A stretch of 64,000 nucleotides of DNA from Bilabrum cf. latius (Eukaryota): NCBI GenBank assembly GCA_965178125.1, contig OZ237736.1, positions 496,001-560,000 on the forward strand, given 5' to 3'. A model generated the notes under the pieces. The model worked only from the letters and a program-made list of their open reading frames with translations. It ran no database searches and was not told the origin of the DNA. Shown here one piece after another: positions 49,501 to 63,466 of this stretch (within the stretch, counting starts at the first letter, position 1; each line of letters starts with the position of its first letter). The translations under genes were made by a program, and so were the position numbers.

Positions 49501-50881
49501 TCGTTGTCGTACGGCAGCACAGCCACAGAGCCGGGTGGATACACAGTGGTTAGAGACTGGTGCCACTTGGCCGTCTCCTGAGCTGCGGTATCGCCGCTCT
49601 GCCTTCGTGTCGGGTCAATCAACAACTTTGCGCACACAGCAGTGGCTCGCACTGTTATATTATGCAATGTGTAAACTGGGTCCTAGGGGTATTCAATGAA
49701 GGGTATCGAGTCAATTGACGAGTAGTTTGTGATTGGCTTACTTGGGCACGCTCTTGGCGACGATTGGCCGCCAGCTGGGACCCCCCTTTTGACATCCAAC
49801 CTGCCCTTTTTGGCTGGAAACCCCGTCCCCTGGATGGGCCACACGGTGGTCTGCAGACAGATGTCCCTGGGATCGACAGGCTGGTCCATTGGGGAGCAGG
49901 CCGGGTCATACCACTCCACAGGGCAATCCACAGCTACAACGCTTGTGCACACAGTCGACCTGGATATATCTGAGCCTTGTATTGCCACCTGGATGGTCGT
50001 TGGATGCAGAGCAAGCGGCGAATAAGCATCGTGAGGGGGGTGTTCCCCGGTTCTCGAGTAGACCATGTGCGCCCGCTGCACTACCTTACCCCCCATGTCC
50101 CCACGTGTCGTGAGGAACCATGCCTCGACTGCATACGGCTCTGCGACCCGATCGGGGGGAAGAATACAACTTTGCTCGCTCAACGTGGCCGCACCCGTAG
50201 TGGGAGGGCCGAGTTGAGTCGAGCTTGCGGCAGGGTAGCGCACTGTGGACCCGATGGACGGGGTGACAAGCCTGCCAGTGCCGTTGATCGGCTGCAAACT
50301 GCTGGTGGAGCTGGTTCCTTTGGCCACGGGAAGCATCGATGCACCGCGCGATATGCTGCCCGAGTACGTCATGTTCGACCAACGAATACCCGGCCCAGCG
50401 TTCCAAGTCCAATGCTGTGAAGGGTTTGGTGAATTCGGGTGCCCAGTTGGAGCGGCCCAAGGATGCCCGAAGAGATGACACGACTGTCTCGAACGGATGA
50501 CAGTTAACGCTGACTCGCTTGCACTCAGTATTCTTGATGTTCGATTGGTCACGCCAGCGATGCCTAGGCTTGCTGGTCCTTGAGCAACGTACCAAGAGCC
50601 TGCAATTAAAGAAATGGAATTAGTGGGTCAGGGGTAGAAAATGATAGCAAAGCGAAGTGTAAGCGCATACGCACTTCAGATTACTGACAATTACACAACG
50701 ATAAATTGTATCGATCCTTTCCTGGCGTTGATATTACGGCAGCGGGTTCTTGCGTTGATCCGAAAGGGAATGCAACCTGTGGAATCGCGGCTTCCATCCA
50801 GTCAAGCACGCCTGTAGCTCCTACTGCTGCTTCGTCGTAGGAAAACAGCGCAACAATGAATGCAAGAACTGGATATTGCAT
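46575..50881 (-). CDS. Receptor-like multi-pass membrane protein, paralogue A; ~1405 aa
   Basis: complement(join(46575..50599,50689..50881)). Signal peptide MQYPVLAFIVALF; phase-1 intron after Cys-Asn shared by all four paralogues; 9 TAGs; TGA stop. Homologous over its full length to copies B-D. Confidence 0.8.
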
Positions 50882-51104
50882 AGGCACACTGTGACATACA
50901 GGTTGACAAAATCGTTGTTTTGTCGTTCTGGTTCCGAGTTCCGTCCGTGGATTCTTCAATCAGATCACCTATACGTCCAATAATTGACCTAAGCTGATCA
51001 GGAGCTTCGCCAGACATTGACTTACATATATAGTCTGTGTTGGTTTTGGATCGCGTCCCCCCAACTACTCTAAATTGCATCGCGACAATCGAAGTCTTGC
51101 CGCA

Positions 51105-54100
51105 ATGAAAATTCAGCAGCACATTCTTGTCGCCATGCACGTTCTTGCCATACTCTGTAGATGGTCCAATGCATCAGCATTGTCCCAGAGCAATCAAATG
51201 GTGCTGCAGTGCGGAGATGCACTGCATAGTGACAGCATCGCAATGGCAATTCATTCGGCTGATCCGCAGACTGCCGTCATGTTCGGAACAGAAATGGGCT
51301 GTTCAAGGAAGAGTGTACGAGGTCTTCCACTCGCAGTAACTGCTTGTAACGGTATGAATTGTGACCTTACTGCGGGCCAATAGCGAGCGGCCGATCTCCT
51401 TGAGTCTATCACCAGACTTGTCTTCGAGGTCTACTGTGTTTCTCCGTGTACCGCAGGTTCTTGGTTTGTGTCTCAAGGATCAATGGAACTAGGAATAAGC
51501 GGTACCTCAAGCCGAACGGCCAGGGTCCTGAACTCGTCCACCGCGACTTGGAGGAGCTTGGGCGAGCATCTCGAGCGGTGCCGACTGGTGGGCCATCCAT
51601 GGATCGGAGTGCCTGGCGACCCCATCAGCCCACTTCCAACGTAGCATTGGACGTGGCCGGTCGGCCCGGCGATCCATCCGCCAGAGTATGGCACCCATGG
51701 TGTGAATTCAAGTAGTAACCTGCGCATGGACACGCTTGGAACCTTCGTTCGCTTTCCTGGTGCCAGCACTCCCTAGCTGCCCCCGCCATCGGTCGAGGTG
51801 ATACCACAGTCACAGCAGGACTTGATTCTGCCTCCCGATCGTGTTGCTGAGCCATTTACTGTAGAGGCATGGTTCATGTCAATTTGGAGCCGGTTCGGGG
51901 GAAACACATTTGCACGTTTCCAGAGAGCTTACTCGGGCACTGCTGGGCTGGCTCCGATCAACCTGTACTCGTTCTTGGATACCAGCAGCTACACGATGCG
52001 GTCTGGCATCCTAGACTCAACTCACAGAGATTTCACGTACTGCACTCCCATCAAGGTTGTGGACTGTCCCATGGAGTGGTATGACCCGGCCTGCTCCCCC
52101 ATGGACCAGCCTGTCGATCCCAGGGACCTCTGTCTGCAGACCACCGTGTGGCCTATCCAGGGGACGGGGTTTCCAGCTCAATCACGAGCATAGGTAGGAA
52201 GGGTGGGCAAGGGCGCCAAAAGGGAATGTCCAGTCAAATCAAGTTCGAACTACTCCTCTATCGACAGGGTTCCAGCGGTGATGAGCGACTAGCACAATCC
52301 GAAACTGTACAAGGAGCAGAACATTACTGTACGCACGGGAAGCGCCTGCATCGGTTCGAGAATTGTGACGACACTACGGCCGAGCGGAATATCGGCAGCT
52401 TAGTAGACTCCGAAATGGCACCAGACATTGTCCACGGTATACCCGCCCGGCTCCGTGGCAGTCCTACCGTACGATGCAGACGTGCGAGTGGTAGGAGAGC
52501 GGGCAGACTATGCATGGAGAGTCAACCGAGGTCATGTGATCGGTCTTATCATTGATACTCCTCCGTCTTATCTGGACCTTGGCAGTCGATCCTGGGGCTC
52601 TCCAATGGACGTTGGGTCTGCAGACGTTGGCAATCGCCGAACCAATGCAACGATTGACAGCCCTAAACTTGACGTGTCCTGTGCGTTTCCCACCGACTCT
52701 GGTGAAATATTGGACCAAGTCATAAGAGCAAGGCGGGTCTTGCTGGATGATGTATCTTGCGTGGGTTCCCGCTCCTGTACCCCCGACACGGGCAGCATCA
52801 CCGACAGGCAGGATCCTCGCATGCAGGCCTTGCTGAAGCAGTACGCCGAGAGCGATGCTGTCCGAGGGCCATTCCCGAGTGTTCGCGTGGGATGTGCGAT
52901 CTCGTACGATGTGGACTTCAGCCGGTACCGTAGCGGTCTTGTTCCAGCAGATATGATTGCTGGATAGAATGGTTTGGCAACGATGTTAGGGGGGAAACAA
53001 CAGCCATACCAAATAGACAATGAGGATTACGCGCCAGCGGTAGCCGGTAGATTCAATCAGTCAGGAGCTTTGGCTGTCACTGCCGGGTTTGATGCGCGCG
53101 GTGTAAATACTGATGACCAAAGACGAGCCAATCAGATACCCAGTCAACAGGCGACATCCGCTGACCTAGGTCTAGCCATTGGCCCGTACGCCGTCTACAG
53201 AGGCATCGTCAACGCCAGAGCATACCCGCCGCCCCCCAATGCCACGCTGCCCGCTGTGTCGGGCGGTCGATGGCTGCCCTACAGGACGCAGGTCTACGGT
53301 TACTTCCAGGGCCGTGTGGCAGTGATGGCCGTGTGCGACAATCCTGACGATGTGCCCGTGGATCCCGGTGTGGAGGCCGCCGTGGGTCGGGGCTAGCGGG
53401 GCGGGTGGTCGTTGGCAGCGAGCGTGCATCGCATCTGGTACTCTTACTGGCTGGGATACCCAGCGTTTAACCCCGTCGCTTCTTTGTACCAAACTGCTAG
53501 GCTATCATCCGTTCCAGCGAAAGCCAATGTACGATTGGATCAGCAGTATAATCAACTTCCCACGTATTCGGGACCCACGCCGCCCAATGGATCAATGCCA
53601 CAGATGGTGTGCAAGCACGACCGGTTTCCCGGTTGGTCGCATGGGATTTCTATGTACAGAACTGCGTGGGCAAGGCGGTTGAGGGCTAGTAGAGCAATTA
53701 TTGACTTCCACCTGTTGTTTGACAGAAACAGGTTGCCAGCTGCACAAGATCGGTCGCCCTGGCTTGGGACTCAGGCTCCTGGATTGAGCTACCCTTCACC
53801 CAGCAGTGCTTAGCTTGAGTGGTTTAAAGGTGACGTGCTTGACGATCTTAAAGACTTGGCTGGAGAAGGGGACGGCGATTTGATTCGGTCGTGGCGCATT
53901 GATATCGTTTCAATTGATACGCTTGCGGCACGGCCTCCGCAACCGAACGACACGCTGCTGTACCCGCAACTGTGGATGAATGTCTCACTTCGAGCGCACA
54001 TCGAGCAATCGCAGTGGCTTGCGGATACCCAAGTTCCACAATTGCACATGTTACGAAGCATGTCGGCCGGTTCGGTAGGTATGCGATTAAGGGATGTCTT

Positions 54101-55574
54101 GTCTGGTGCGAGACCCGGAGCATTGAACGGAATTTGGCTGGGTACAACAGCGAGGACGAGCGTACACCTGTCCGTAACTCTCCCTTGCCTGGCGTCAAAC
54201 TCAAGGGCGGCTACGTACGATCGAGATTGCCTACAAAGTGCAAGCACCTGGGCACAATCATGGACAACATTGATCTCACTGTTTGTATCGTTGCTCTGGG
54301 TTGCTTGTGGGGCGTCACTTTCGGTACATGTGCTTGGATCCACGTCATCAGATATCAGAGATGGTGCGTATTGGCACACGCTTGCATGGCACATAGTCCT
54401 GTCATGTATTTCTAGGTTGCTTCTTACAGCCGGATTGATTGTGTGTATGTTCGCGTCAAAGCTGAGCTACCCTGCAGCGTCTCTCATCGCATGCGCTGCT
54501 CTTGGAATAGCTGCACGTGCTATTCTAATGGGGTGCTTCAACATTGACATCGGAGGTCAGTCCCTGCAGCTTGCTGGTAAGCGATAGGGTAACCTCTCGT
54601 CTATTCTTGCAGTGCGGGAAGAAGGCAGTGTGCAGGCTGAGGGTACCGCTCACGGCATCGGTGCCGCGTACTCAAACGACCCTCGCGCGGGTGCGATCCA
54701 AACCAGGTCCCAAGCGTGGCGAATCATTCCGGAGAGCCACGCTACCCAGGCTCAGGATACAAATAATTGCGCTTGGGAAGCAAATGAAGCTAGAGTTGCC
54801 GATATCTTTTACAGAGATGAACCCAGCCATGGTGGCTACGAACCGCACCAACAGCACCTGGCTGACCACTCGCATATGCATAGCAACGTGAGTGCAGGGC
54901 CTTCCGGTCATACGAATAGTGTTTTAGACATGAAAATAGATCCACATGTGCCGATAGAAGCGCCACAACCTGACCATGGATCTCGCGTGCAAACGCCTAG
55001 ATCTAGTTTACAACAAAGAGTTCGTTGGGCTGCACGAACCTCACCGGCAATGTTTGCCGCCGTGAGGCTCTTCACGCTGCTACACTGGGATCTGTAGGCG
55101 GCTTATGTTCTCTGGGTTTAGGCTGTCACATGTAATGTTGGCCATTCATCGTGGTGCGCCTGCTTGCAAGCCGATCCAACAGGCCAAGCATCGCACAAGC
55201 CGTCCCCTCGATTGGATCTTCTTTTGGAGATGCGCAACGGGGCATTCCCCAACAGTTCGTCTGCCAAGGTTGGACTCGCTGCATTTACAATAATTCGCGT
55301 GCATGGAATCTGGTTTCGGTTTGTGGAGGATCTCGTAGTGCTATGCACGCTGACCTGGGTCGGACTCTGCACGACTGGCGTTTGTGAGTGGGACGCGTGC
55401 TCCGCCGGTGGAGAGCTGGGGGTTCTGCTATCCGTTCCACAGGAGCTTTTGGCATGGCAACGCTTTCAAACCCTGGGAATTACGTGGACAATGAGCATAA
55501 TGGCAGCGATATGTTCATTGGTTCAGTTGATCGCTGTGGATGTCTGGATCCGATCGCCGCAAGAGCAACGCTGA
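51105..55574 (+). CDS. Receptor-like multi-pass membrane protein, paralogue B; ~1454 aa
   Basis: join(51105..51351,51457..55574). 12 TAGs join track ORFs 51798, 52428, 52974, 53412, 53835, 54612 and 55164; TGA stop. Hydrophobic helices near 54260-54540 and 55330-55540. Confidence 0.8.
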
Positions 55575-55751
55575 AGATTGATACAATATCTGCCTTATGT
55601 ACTGAAATAGCCCGTTGTTGCAAGCAATTGATAAATAAAAACCATAAAACTGGTGTCGTCGCCATTAAATCGTAACAGAATTCCTATCTTGATGCAGTTG
55701 GCCAATGCACTGATCATACGTCAGTAGCTAAGCACCTCAACGCCAGTGTTG

Positions 55752-58700
55752 TCAGTTGGGCGGACCGCTACATGCTTGTCGCTGGCAGGCAATCATCCAT
55801 TCGCACTTCGCGTGAAGCATCACGGATATAAGTACAGAACAAGCTGACGCACTCCACGCCAACCCAACCTCTTGCACTCGCTACCAAGCCACCAGTTCCT
55901 GAGGCACGCTCTCGATTGACCCGATGTCCTGCCAGCTGCAGGCCGACCACTTGCACACGCCTGCAGTACACAATGCCGACCACACTAAGACAGCTACCAG
56001 CACAAGATCCTCTGCTACCCGCATGTACCAGCCATACAAGTCGACACGTTGCTCCAGTAGCCTCAGAACATTTCTGTTCTAGTCGGAAAGACGTTGTGCC
56101 AACTTGTGCACCTGGTCGATTTCCTCGGGAGCGGCAATCTGCTCCGATCCCTTGCTGGCCTAACGCGGCTCCTCAAATTCAATCATATCAACCTGTACCT
56201 CCCTCGAGCCTCCGGGGGACTCAGGCACATTGTGAATCTGAATGCTATCCTAGCCTTCGACCAAAAAAGCAGGCTTTGCTTGCATCTAAGCATCGTCTGG
56301 TACGATCTCCAGGAAAGGCCGATGGCCTTCAGCTGTATCTTCGCTGCTGCAAAAATTTCTAGAAACAGCCAGCAACACCTGATTCTCCCAGTCAAGTACC
56401 GCCAGCACGCGCAGGAACGAATAGTACACGCGCCAAGCCGTCGAAAGCAAGCTGATTCGCCTATGCAGCCGCACGTCCGTTGCAATCTTAGCAATAATGC
56501 TGGAATGCTGTGAATGCTCCTCCTCATCCACACGATTACAAGCAGCATCGGAAGGCATCCCATCACGGGTATCAGCTTTGTACCGTCGTATGCGAGGAGG
56601 CACTGCAATGGACTCGTCCTACTTTCGATAGATTAGTCCTGGCACGTGCACTCGGGACTTGCTGTGACTCGGCAGCCCACGCCTTATAACGTTCTTCTCA
56701 AACGGATTGTGGTCCATTTGACGGCCATGGATGCTATCGAGATCGACATCACAGCATCCGATCAGAATCGCACGCAGTACCAATCCCAGGCTCAGAGCTA
56801 TGATCCACACGTCACCCGGCCCGTCCAGCCGCGCTCGAACCAGCTGCACTGCAAGCACCCAGTGCAGCACCATCCGGCAGACCCGACACGCGCTCGCCGA
56901 GATGATCTCCAGGTCAATCGAAGCCTGCAGTCTGCACACAGCATACCAACATGACACCGCGTACACCATGCTGCAGGCTATCATCGCCGTCACTACAAGC
57001 AGCTGTGCCCACGTGGCGCCCCGATGCATCCATATCGCTCCGACGGTATTGCAGTCTTCGGCGTATGCCTTCACCGACGAACGCAGACAGGGGAGCTGGA
57101 TGCGATAGCCGACACTACCCATGTCCACTGCCAGCAGCCACGTGCCTGCGAGAGCTCCCCCGCGATTCCCGCGCAGCACTGGTACCACCCGATCCACCAC
57201 CGACCCAGCCGACATGGACCGCTAGAATGCCAGGCCTGCCACCTGCGTCCGAGCGGCCCCATCTGGCTCGCCCACATGCACCTGCACTGACAGGCGCATC
57301 CACAGCTGGGACACATTCAGTGAATCACCCGATGGGGCAGGCTCAGCGGGCAACGCATCTACTTGCAACACCTCCACCCGCCAGGACCGCACCTGGTCCA
57401 TGTCGCCCTCCCCAGCCATATCCTGCAGATCGTCCAGCAAGTCATCCTCCAGCCAGCGCAGCTGCTTGTTCGACGGATGGGGATGGTCTACACCGGGCGC
57501 CTGACCGATATATTGGCCCATCCACGATTGTGCAGCGGGCCACCGGTTCCGGTCAAACGCCAGGTCAAACCACAGGGAAGCGCGGCTGGCGCCCAGGTGG
57601 CGGGCCCAGTCAGACCGATACATGCTGCGGGCAGATCCAAGGCCAGGCGATTCTTCTGATCGGCATTCCATGCGAGGCACCAAGCTATCAACCGTGCTGT
57701 TCCCATCATACGACACCGGAAGACGGGTACTACCGCCGTTCCAACGCAGCTGCACACCAGCTGGCACTGCGGCCAGCCGGCGCTGTACCGATGCCGACAC
57801 ATTCTGGACTAGACCGGGATATCCCAGCCAGTAAGAGTACCAGATGCGATGCACGCTCGCTGCCAACGACCACCCACCCCGCGAGCCCCGACCCATGGCG
57901 GCCTCCACACCGGGATCCACGGGCACATCGTCAGGATTGTCGCACACGGCCATCACTGCCACACGGCCCTGGAAGTAACCGTAGACCTGCGTCCTGTAGG
58001 GCAGCCATCGACCGCCCGACACAGCGGGCAGCGTGACATTGGGGGGCGGCGGGTATGCTCTGGCGTTGACGATGCCTCTGTAGACGGCGTACGGGCCAAT
58101 GGCTGTTCCCTGATTTGCCTACGTTACGACTGGATCAGTATTTTCTAGAGGAGCATTTATCACCCGTTCCATTCTATGTGTACCAGAATTGTGAGACCCA
58201 TGAGAACTGATCTCGCTGACAGTACTGGATCTCTTAGCCCCAAGTTCTATCGTGTCAGCGGCAGCAGTCCAGTTGCCAGGAGGAACGTAGCGCCCCCGAC
58301 GTGCCACCCGTATGCCTACTTTACGGACATCGTATGGGCGATCATAACCCCCGAACATTGTTGACATCCCGTTCTGCGATGCTGGCATGTCCATCGGTAC
58401 CAGCCCGCTACGGTATCGGCCGAAGTCCACATCGTACGAGATCGCGCATCCCACGCGGACACTCGGGAATGGCCCTCGGACAGCGTCGCTCTCAGCGTAC
58501 TTCTTCAGCAAGGCCTGCATGCGAGGATCCTGTCTGTCGGTGATGTTGCCCGTGTCGGGGGTGCAGGAGCGGGAACCCACGCAAGACGCATCGTCCAGCA
58601 GGACAGCACGCGTGTAAGCTGCCTGAGGTAACCTTCTTTGATCATTGCAAAATATATCTTTCTTCGGGCTAGCAGCAGCACTGCCATTACCATCCAGTGG

Positions 58701-60074
58701 TGTCACATTCCACGGATACAGCTCCGATGCCGGCACATCCAACACAAACGCAAGCACGTGTCCCCGATTCACGCGCCAAGCGTAGTCCTCGGCCTCGCCC
58801 ACGATCTTCACATCCTCTCCATACGGCAGCACAGCCACAGAGCCAGGTGGGTATACCGTGGTGAGAGACTGGTGCCACTTGGCCGTCTGCTGCGCCGCGC
58901 TGTTGCCGTCCCGCCGCCGAGTCAGCAGCACTCGAGAGTCTACGCAGGCCGATGTGATGCGCACCGCCACCCCCGTGGAGTTATACTCATCAGGAATCGG
59001 GAGGGGGCCGCCAGCCGGGGCCAGCTTGTCGATGGGCTGCCTCGATGTGTACTTCACGGGGCACTGCACTGCAGATGACTGGTTCTGTCGAGAGGAATAG
59101 GGAACCCTAGCACGAGCTGGGTATCCCGTCCCCTGGATTGGCCACACGGTGGTCTGCAGGCAGATGTCCCTGGGATCGACAGGCTGGTCCATGGGGGAGC
59201 AGGCCGGGTCATACCACTCCACAGGGCATACCACAATGGTGCTGCTCGCACATATTCTGAACGGTATGTCATTCATTCCGACTGCGGCTATTCGCAGGGA
59301 GCGTGCTTGCTTCAGCGGTGTGTAAGTGATAGTGTTGCTGTACCCTTGCGTGCCACTGTACGTCCTAGGCTATCGTGTAACAACACTACCTCCAGCTGAA
59401 GCGCGTATCTGTGTAAACCAAGCCTCCACCGTGAATGGCTCAGCCACCCGATCAGGAGGCAAGACTAGGTCCTGGCGCTCCGGTGGGACCAACTCGACAG
59501 AGGGAGGGGGCAACTAGAACGTGCTTGCTCCTGGCATGGCGATATGGGTTCCAAGTGCAGGCACTATGTATACGCACAGCTCCGGCTCATCCGCATCCAT
59601 TTTTAAAGATGGAACGCCAGGCCCTGCTTTCCACGACCAGTGCTGGTATATTGTGGCCCTTCGGGAGCTTTCAGTGGTTCCAAACCCAGACCAAGGAGTT
59701 TGTTGCATCAAACATCGCTCATAATCCTAATCCAGCGAGAACATCGTAGCCATTTGTGCAGATAGTACACGGCTTGTCCGAGTTGATTGGTTCGTGATTC
59801 CAAGGTGTATCGCTCCAAGCCCGGCGAACCATGAAGCTGCGACGGAGTATCGGTCCATAACGAGCTACAAAATAAAAAGAAGACATTATCACCTGCTGGA
59901 CCAAGGCAGTGACTCACCATTGCACCGTTGTGGAAGCAGCATTGAATTGGCTGCCCTTCGGCGTGAGAGACAACTGCCAAAACTGAATGCAGTGCTCGGT
60001 GAATTGCGATCAATAGCATCATGAAGAGGATGCGACACGACCAATGTTGCAAGAATTGCAGCGAAGCTAATCAT
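55752..60074 (-). CDS. Receptor-like multi-pass membrane protein, paralogue C; ~1413 aa
   Basis: complement(join(55752..59836,59918..60074)). Signal MISFAAILATLVVS; 81-nt GTGAGT...CGCAG intron; 11 TAGs; TGA stop. Confidence 0.8.
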
Positions 60075-63000
60075 GTCAGACTGCGACGGACATTATTCGG
60101 GATGCGGAGAGATTATAAGGAGGAGAAGCAATAGACCCACAGGGCAACTTGTTGAACGATTTAGATTGCATTCTTGAAATGCATGTATTATTTCTGGTTG
60201 CGTTAGTGCAAGACGCATTTTCGCATACTCTGTTTCATAGTATTGACTCGTACTAGCCAAGCACCTCATTCCAGTTTGGCGCTTGCATTGGCAGCAACCA
60301 GGACAAGCGACTGCATCTACACCAGCTGAGGTCGCAACAGTGTAATTGTAAGATTGGCAGCAAGCATGTTGCTTGACTTAGAAATTGTACGCAATATAAT
60401 CCAACTGTGCCCCGTTCTTTGGTCGCAGCTACATGGGTTGTGTCAGATGGGGCTTCGAAGCTTGGCATCGCTGAATCGAATCGAACTGTTAGGATTCTGT
60501 CCGCAAGCTCAGCGTTTCGCATGAATACTTCAAGCGATCCATCTCGCTGTGATATGATCTCGCCTCCATGGAACGGTTGGGGATTGACCCCGAGCTCACA
60601 GCATCCGCCCGTGTTCAAACGGTGGCGATGGCTGACTGGCCCCGGAGTTCCGTCCCCAAGCCACGCATCACCATCCGCGATCAGCTGTAGATCAGCTGGA
60701 GAGTCGTTTGTGCCATCAATAGGAGTCCACGTTGCTATGCCAGGAGCAAGCACGTTCTAGCTGCCCCCTCCCTCTGTCGAGTTGGTCCCACCAGAGCGCC
60801 AGGACCTAGTGTTGCCTCCTGATCGGGTGGCTGAGCCATTCACGGTGGAGGCTTGGTTTACGCAGATACGAAACAATCTGCCTGCATCTATCATTGGACG
60901 ACAGCCTAGGACGTACAGCGGTACGCAAGGGTACAGCAACACTATCACATACACACCGCTGTAGGACACAACCTCGTTGCAAGTGCATCGTGTGTTCATT
61001 GGACTAAATCCATTCAGACTATGTGCGAGCAGCACCATTGTGGTATGCCCTGTGGAGTGGTATGACCCGGCCTGCTCCCCCATGGACCAGCCTGTCGATC
61101 CCAGGGACCTCTGTCTGCAGACCACCGTGTGGCCCATCCAGGGGACGGGATACCCAGCTCGTGCTCGGGTTCCCTATTCCTCTCGACAGAACCAGTCATC
61201 TGCAGTGCAGTGCCCCGTGAAGTACACATCGAGGCAGCCCATCGACAAGCTGGCCCCGGCTGGCGGCCCCCTCCCGCTTCCTGATGAGTACGACACCACG
61301 GGGGTGGCGGTGCGCATCACGTCGGCCTGCGTGGACTCTCGAGTGCTGCTGACTCGGCGGCGGGACGGCAACAGCGCGGCGCAGCAGACGGCCAAGTGGC
61401 ACCAGTCTCTCACCACGGTATATCCACCCGGCTCTGTGGCTGTGCTGCCGTATGGTGAGGATGTAGAGATCGTGGGCGAGGCTAAGGACTACGCTTGGCG
61501 CGTGAATCGAGGACACGTGCTTGCGTTTGTGTTGGATGTGCCGGCATCGGAGCTGTATCCGTGGAATGTGACATCACTGGATGGCAATGGCAGTGCTGCT
61601 GCTAGTCCGAAGAAAGACATATTTTGCAATGATCAAAGAAGGTTACCTCAGGCAGCTTACACGCATGCTGTCCTGCTGGACGATGCGTCTTGCGTGGGTT
61701 CCCGCTCCTGCACCCCCGACACGGGCAGCATCACTGACAGGCAGGATCCTCGCATGCAGGCCTTGCTGAAGCAGTACGCTGAGAGCGATGCTGTCCGAGG
61801 GCCATTCCCGAGTGTTCGCGTGGGATGCGCGATCTCGTATGATGTGGACTTCAGCCGGTACCGTAGCGGGCTGATACCGATGGACATGCCAGCATCGCAG
61901 AACGGGATGTCGACAATGTTCGGGGGCAAGGACGCGCCATACACCACTCGCAGCGGCGTTGTGGTGGCGGACCGAGGGCGGTACGAGCCTCCAGCGAACA
62001 ATTCAGCGCTGAGCGTGCAGGCATCAGGTGCGACCCAGAATGGTGGAGCACATGAAGTCTCGGTCAGCACGGGCAGTTTGAATGATGGTCCTGTGCCGGC
62101 AACGTTCGGTGCAATTGCAGGCCCGTACGCCGTCTACAGAGGCATCGTCAACGCCAGAGCATACCCGCCGCCCCCCAATGCCACGCTGCCCGCTGTGTCA
62201 GGCGGTCGATGGCTGCCCTACAGGACGCAGGTCTACGGTTACTTCCAGGGCCGTGTGGCAGTGATGGCCGTGTGCGACAATCCTGACGATGTGCCCGTGG
62301 ATCCCGGTGTGGAGGCCGCCATGGGTCGGGGCTCGCAGGGCGGGTGGTCGTTGGCAGCGAGCGTGCATCGCATCTGGTACTCTTACTGGCTGGGATATCC
62401 TGGTCTAGTCTAGAATGTGTCGGCATTGGTACAGCGTCGGCTGGCTCCAGTGTCAGCTGGTGTGCAGCTGCGTTGGAACGGCGGTAGTACCCGTCTTCCG
62501 GTGTCGTATGATGGGAACAGCACAGTTGATAGCTTGGTGCCTCGCATGGAATGCCGATCGGAAGAATCGCCTGGCCTTGGATCTGCCCGCAGCATGTATC
62601 GATCTGACTGGGCCCGCCACCTGGGCGCCAGCCGCGCTTCCCTGTGGTTTGACCTGGCGTTTGACCGGAACCGGTGGCCCGCTGCACAATCGTGGATGGG
62701 CGAGCACATCGGCCAGGCGCCCGGTGTAGACCATCCCCATCCGTCGAACAAGCAGCTGCGCTGGCTGGAGGATGACTTGCTGGACGATCTGCAGGATATG
62801 GCTGGGGAGGGCGACATGGACCAGGTGCGGTCCTGGCGGGTGGAGGTGTTGCAAGTAGATGCGTTGCCCGCTGAGCCTGCCCCATCGGGTGATTCACTGA
62901 ATGTGTCCCAGCTGTGGATGCGCCTGTCAGTGCAGGTGCATGTGGGCGAGCCAGATGGGGCCGCTCGGACGCAGGTGGCAGGCATGGCATTCTAGCGGTC

Positions 63001-63466
63001 CATGTCGGCTGGGTCGGTGGTGGATCGGGTGGTACCAGTGCTGCGCGGGAATCGCGGGGGAGCTCTCGCAGGCACGTGGCTGCTGGCAGTGGACATGGGT
63101 AGTGTCGGCTATCGCATCCAGCTCCCCTGTCTGCGTTCGTCGGTGGAGGCATACGCCGAAGACTGCAATACCGTCGGGGCGATGTGGATGCATCGGGGCG
63201 CCACGTGGGCACAGCTGCTTGCAGTGACGGCGATGATAGCCTGCAGCATGGTGTACGCGGTGTCATGTTGGTATGCTGTGTGCAGACTGCAGGCTTCGAT
63301 TGACCTGGAGATCATCTCGGCGAGCGCGTGTCGGGTCTGCCGGATGGTGCTGCACTGGGTGCTTGCGGCGCAGCTGGTTCGAGCGCGGCTGGACGGGCCG
63401 GGTGACGTGTGGATCATAGCTCTGAGCCTGGGATTGGTATTGCGCGCGATCCTGATCGGATGCTGT
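56751..63466. repeat. Large inverted repeat: arms ~56751-59540 and ~60734-63466 with a ~1.2-kb spacer
   Basis: Paralogues C and D are near-identical reverse complements over these arms except for three short unrelated cassettes. The spacer holds their divergent 5' ends. Confidence 0.9.

Noticed and set aside
50681-50683. Apparent in-frame TAA in paralogue A (CNCQ*)
   Set aside because: It falls within the phase-1 intron (50600-50688, GTCAGT...TGCAG) located at the same position in all four paralogues.
56751-63466. Inverted repeat as transposon or virophage terminal inverted repeats
   Set aside because: The arms are coding parts of paralogous genes; no transposase, integrase or capsid gene, and no target-site duplication was seen.
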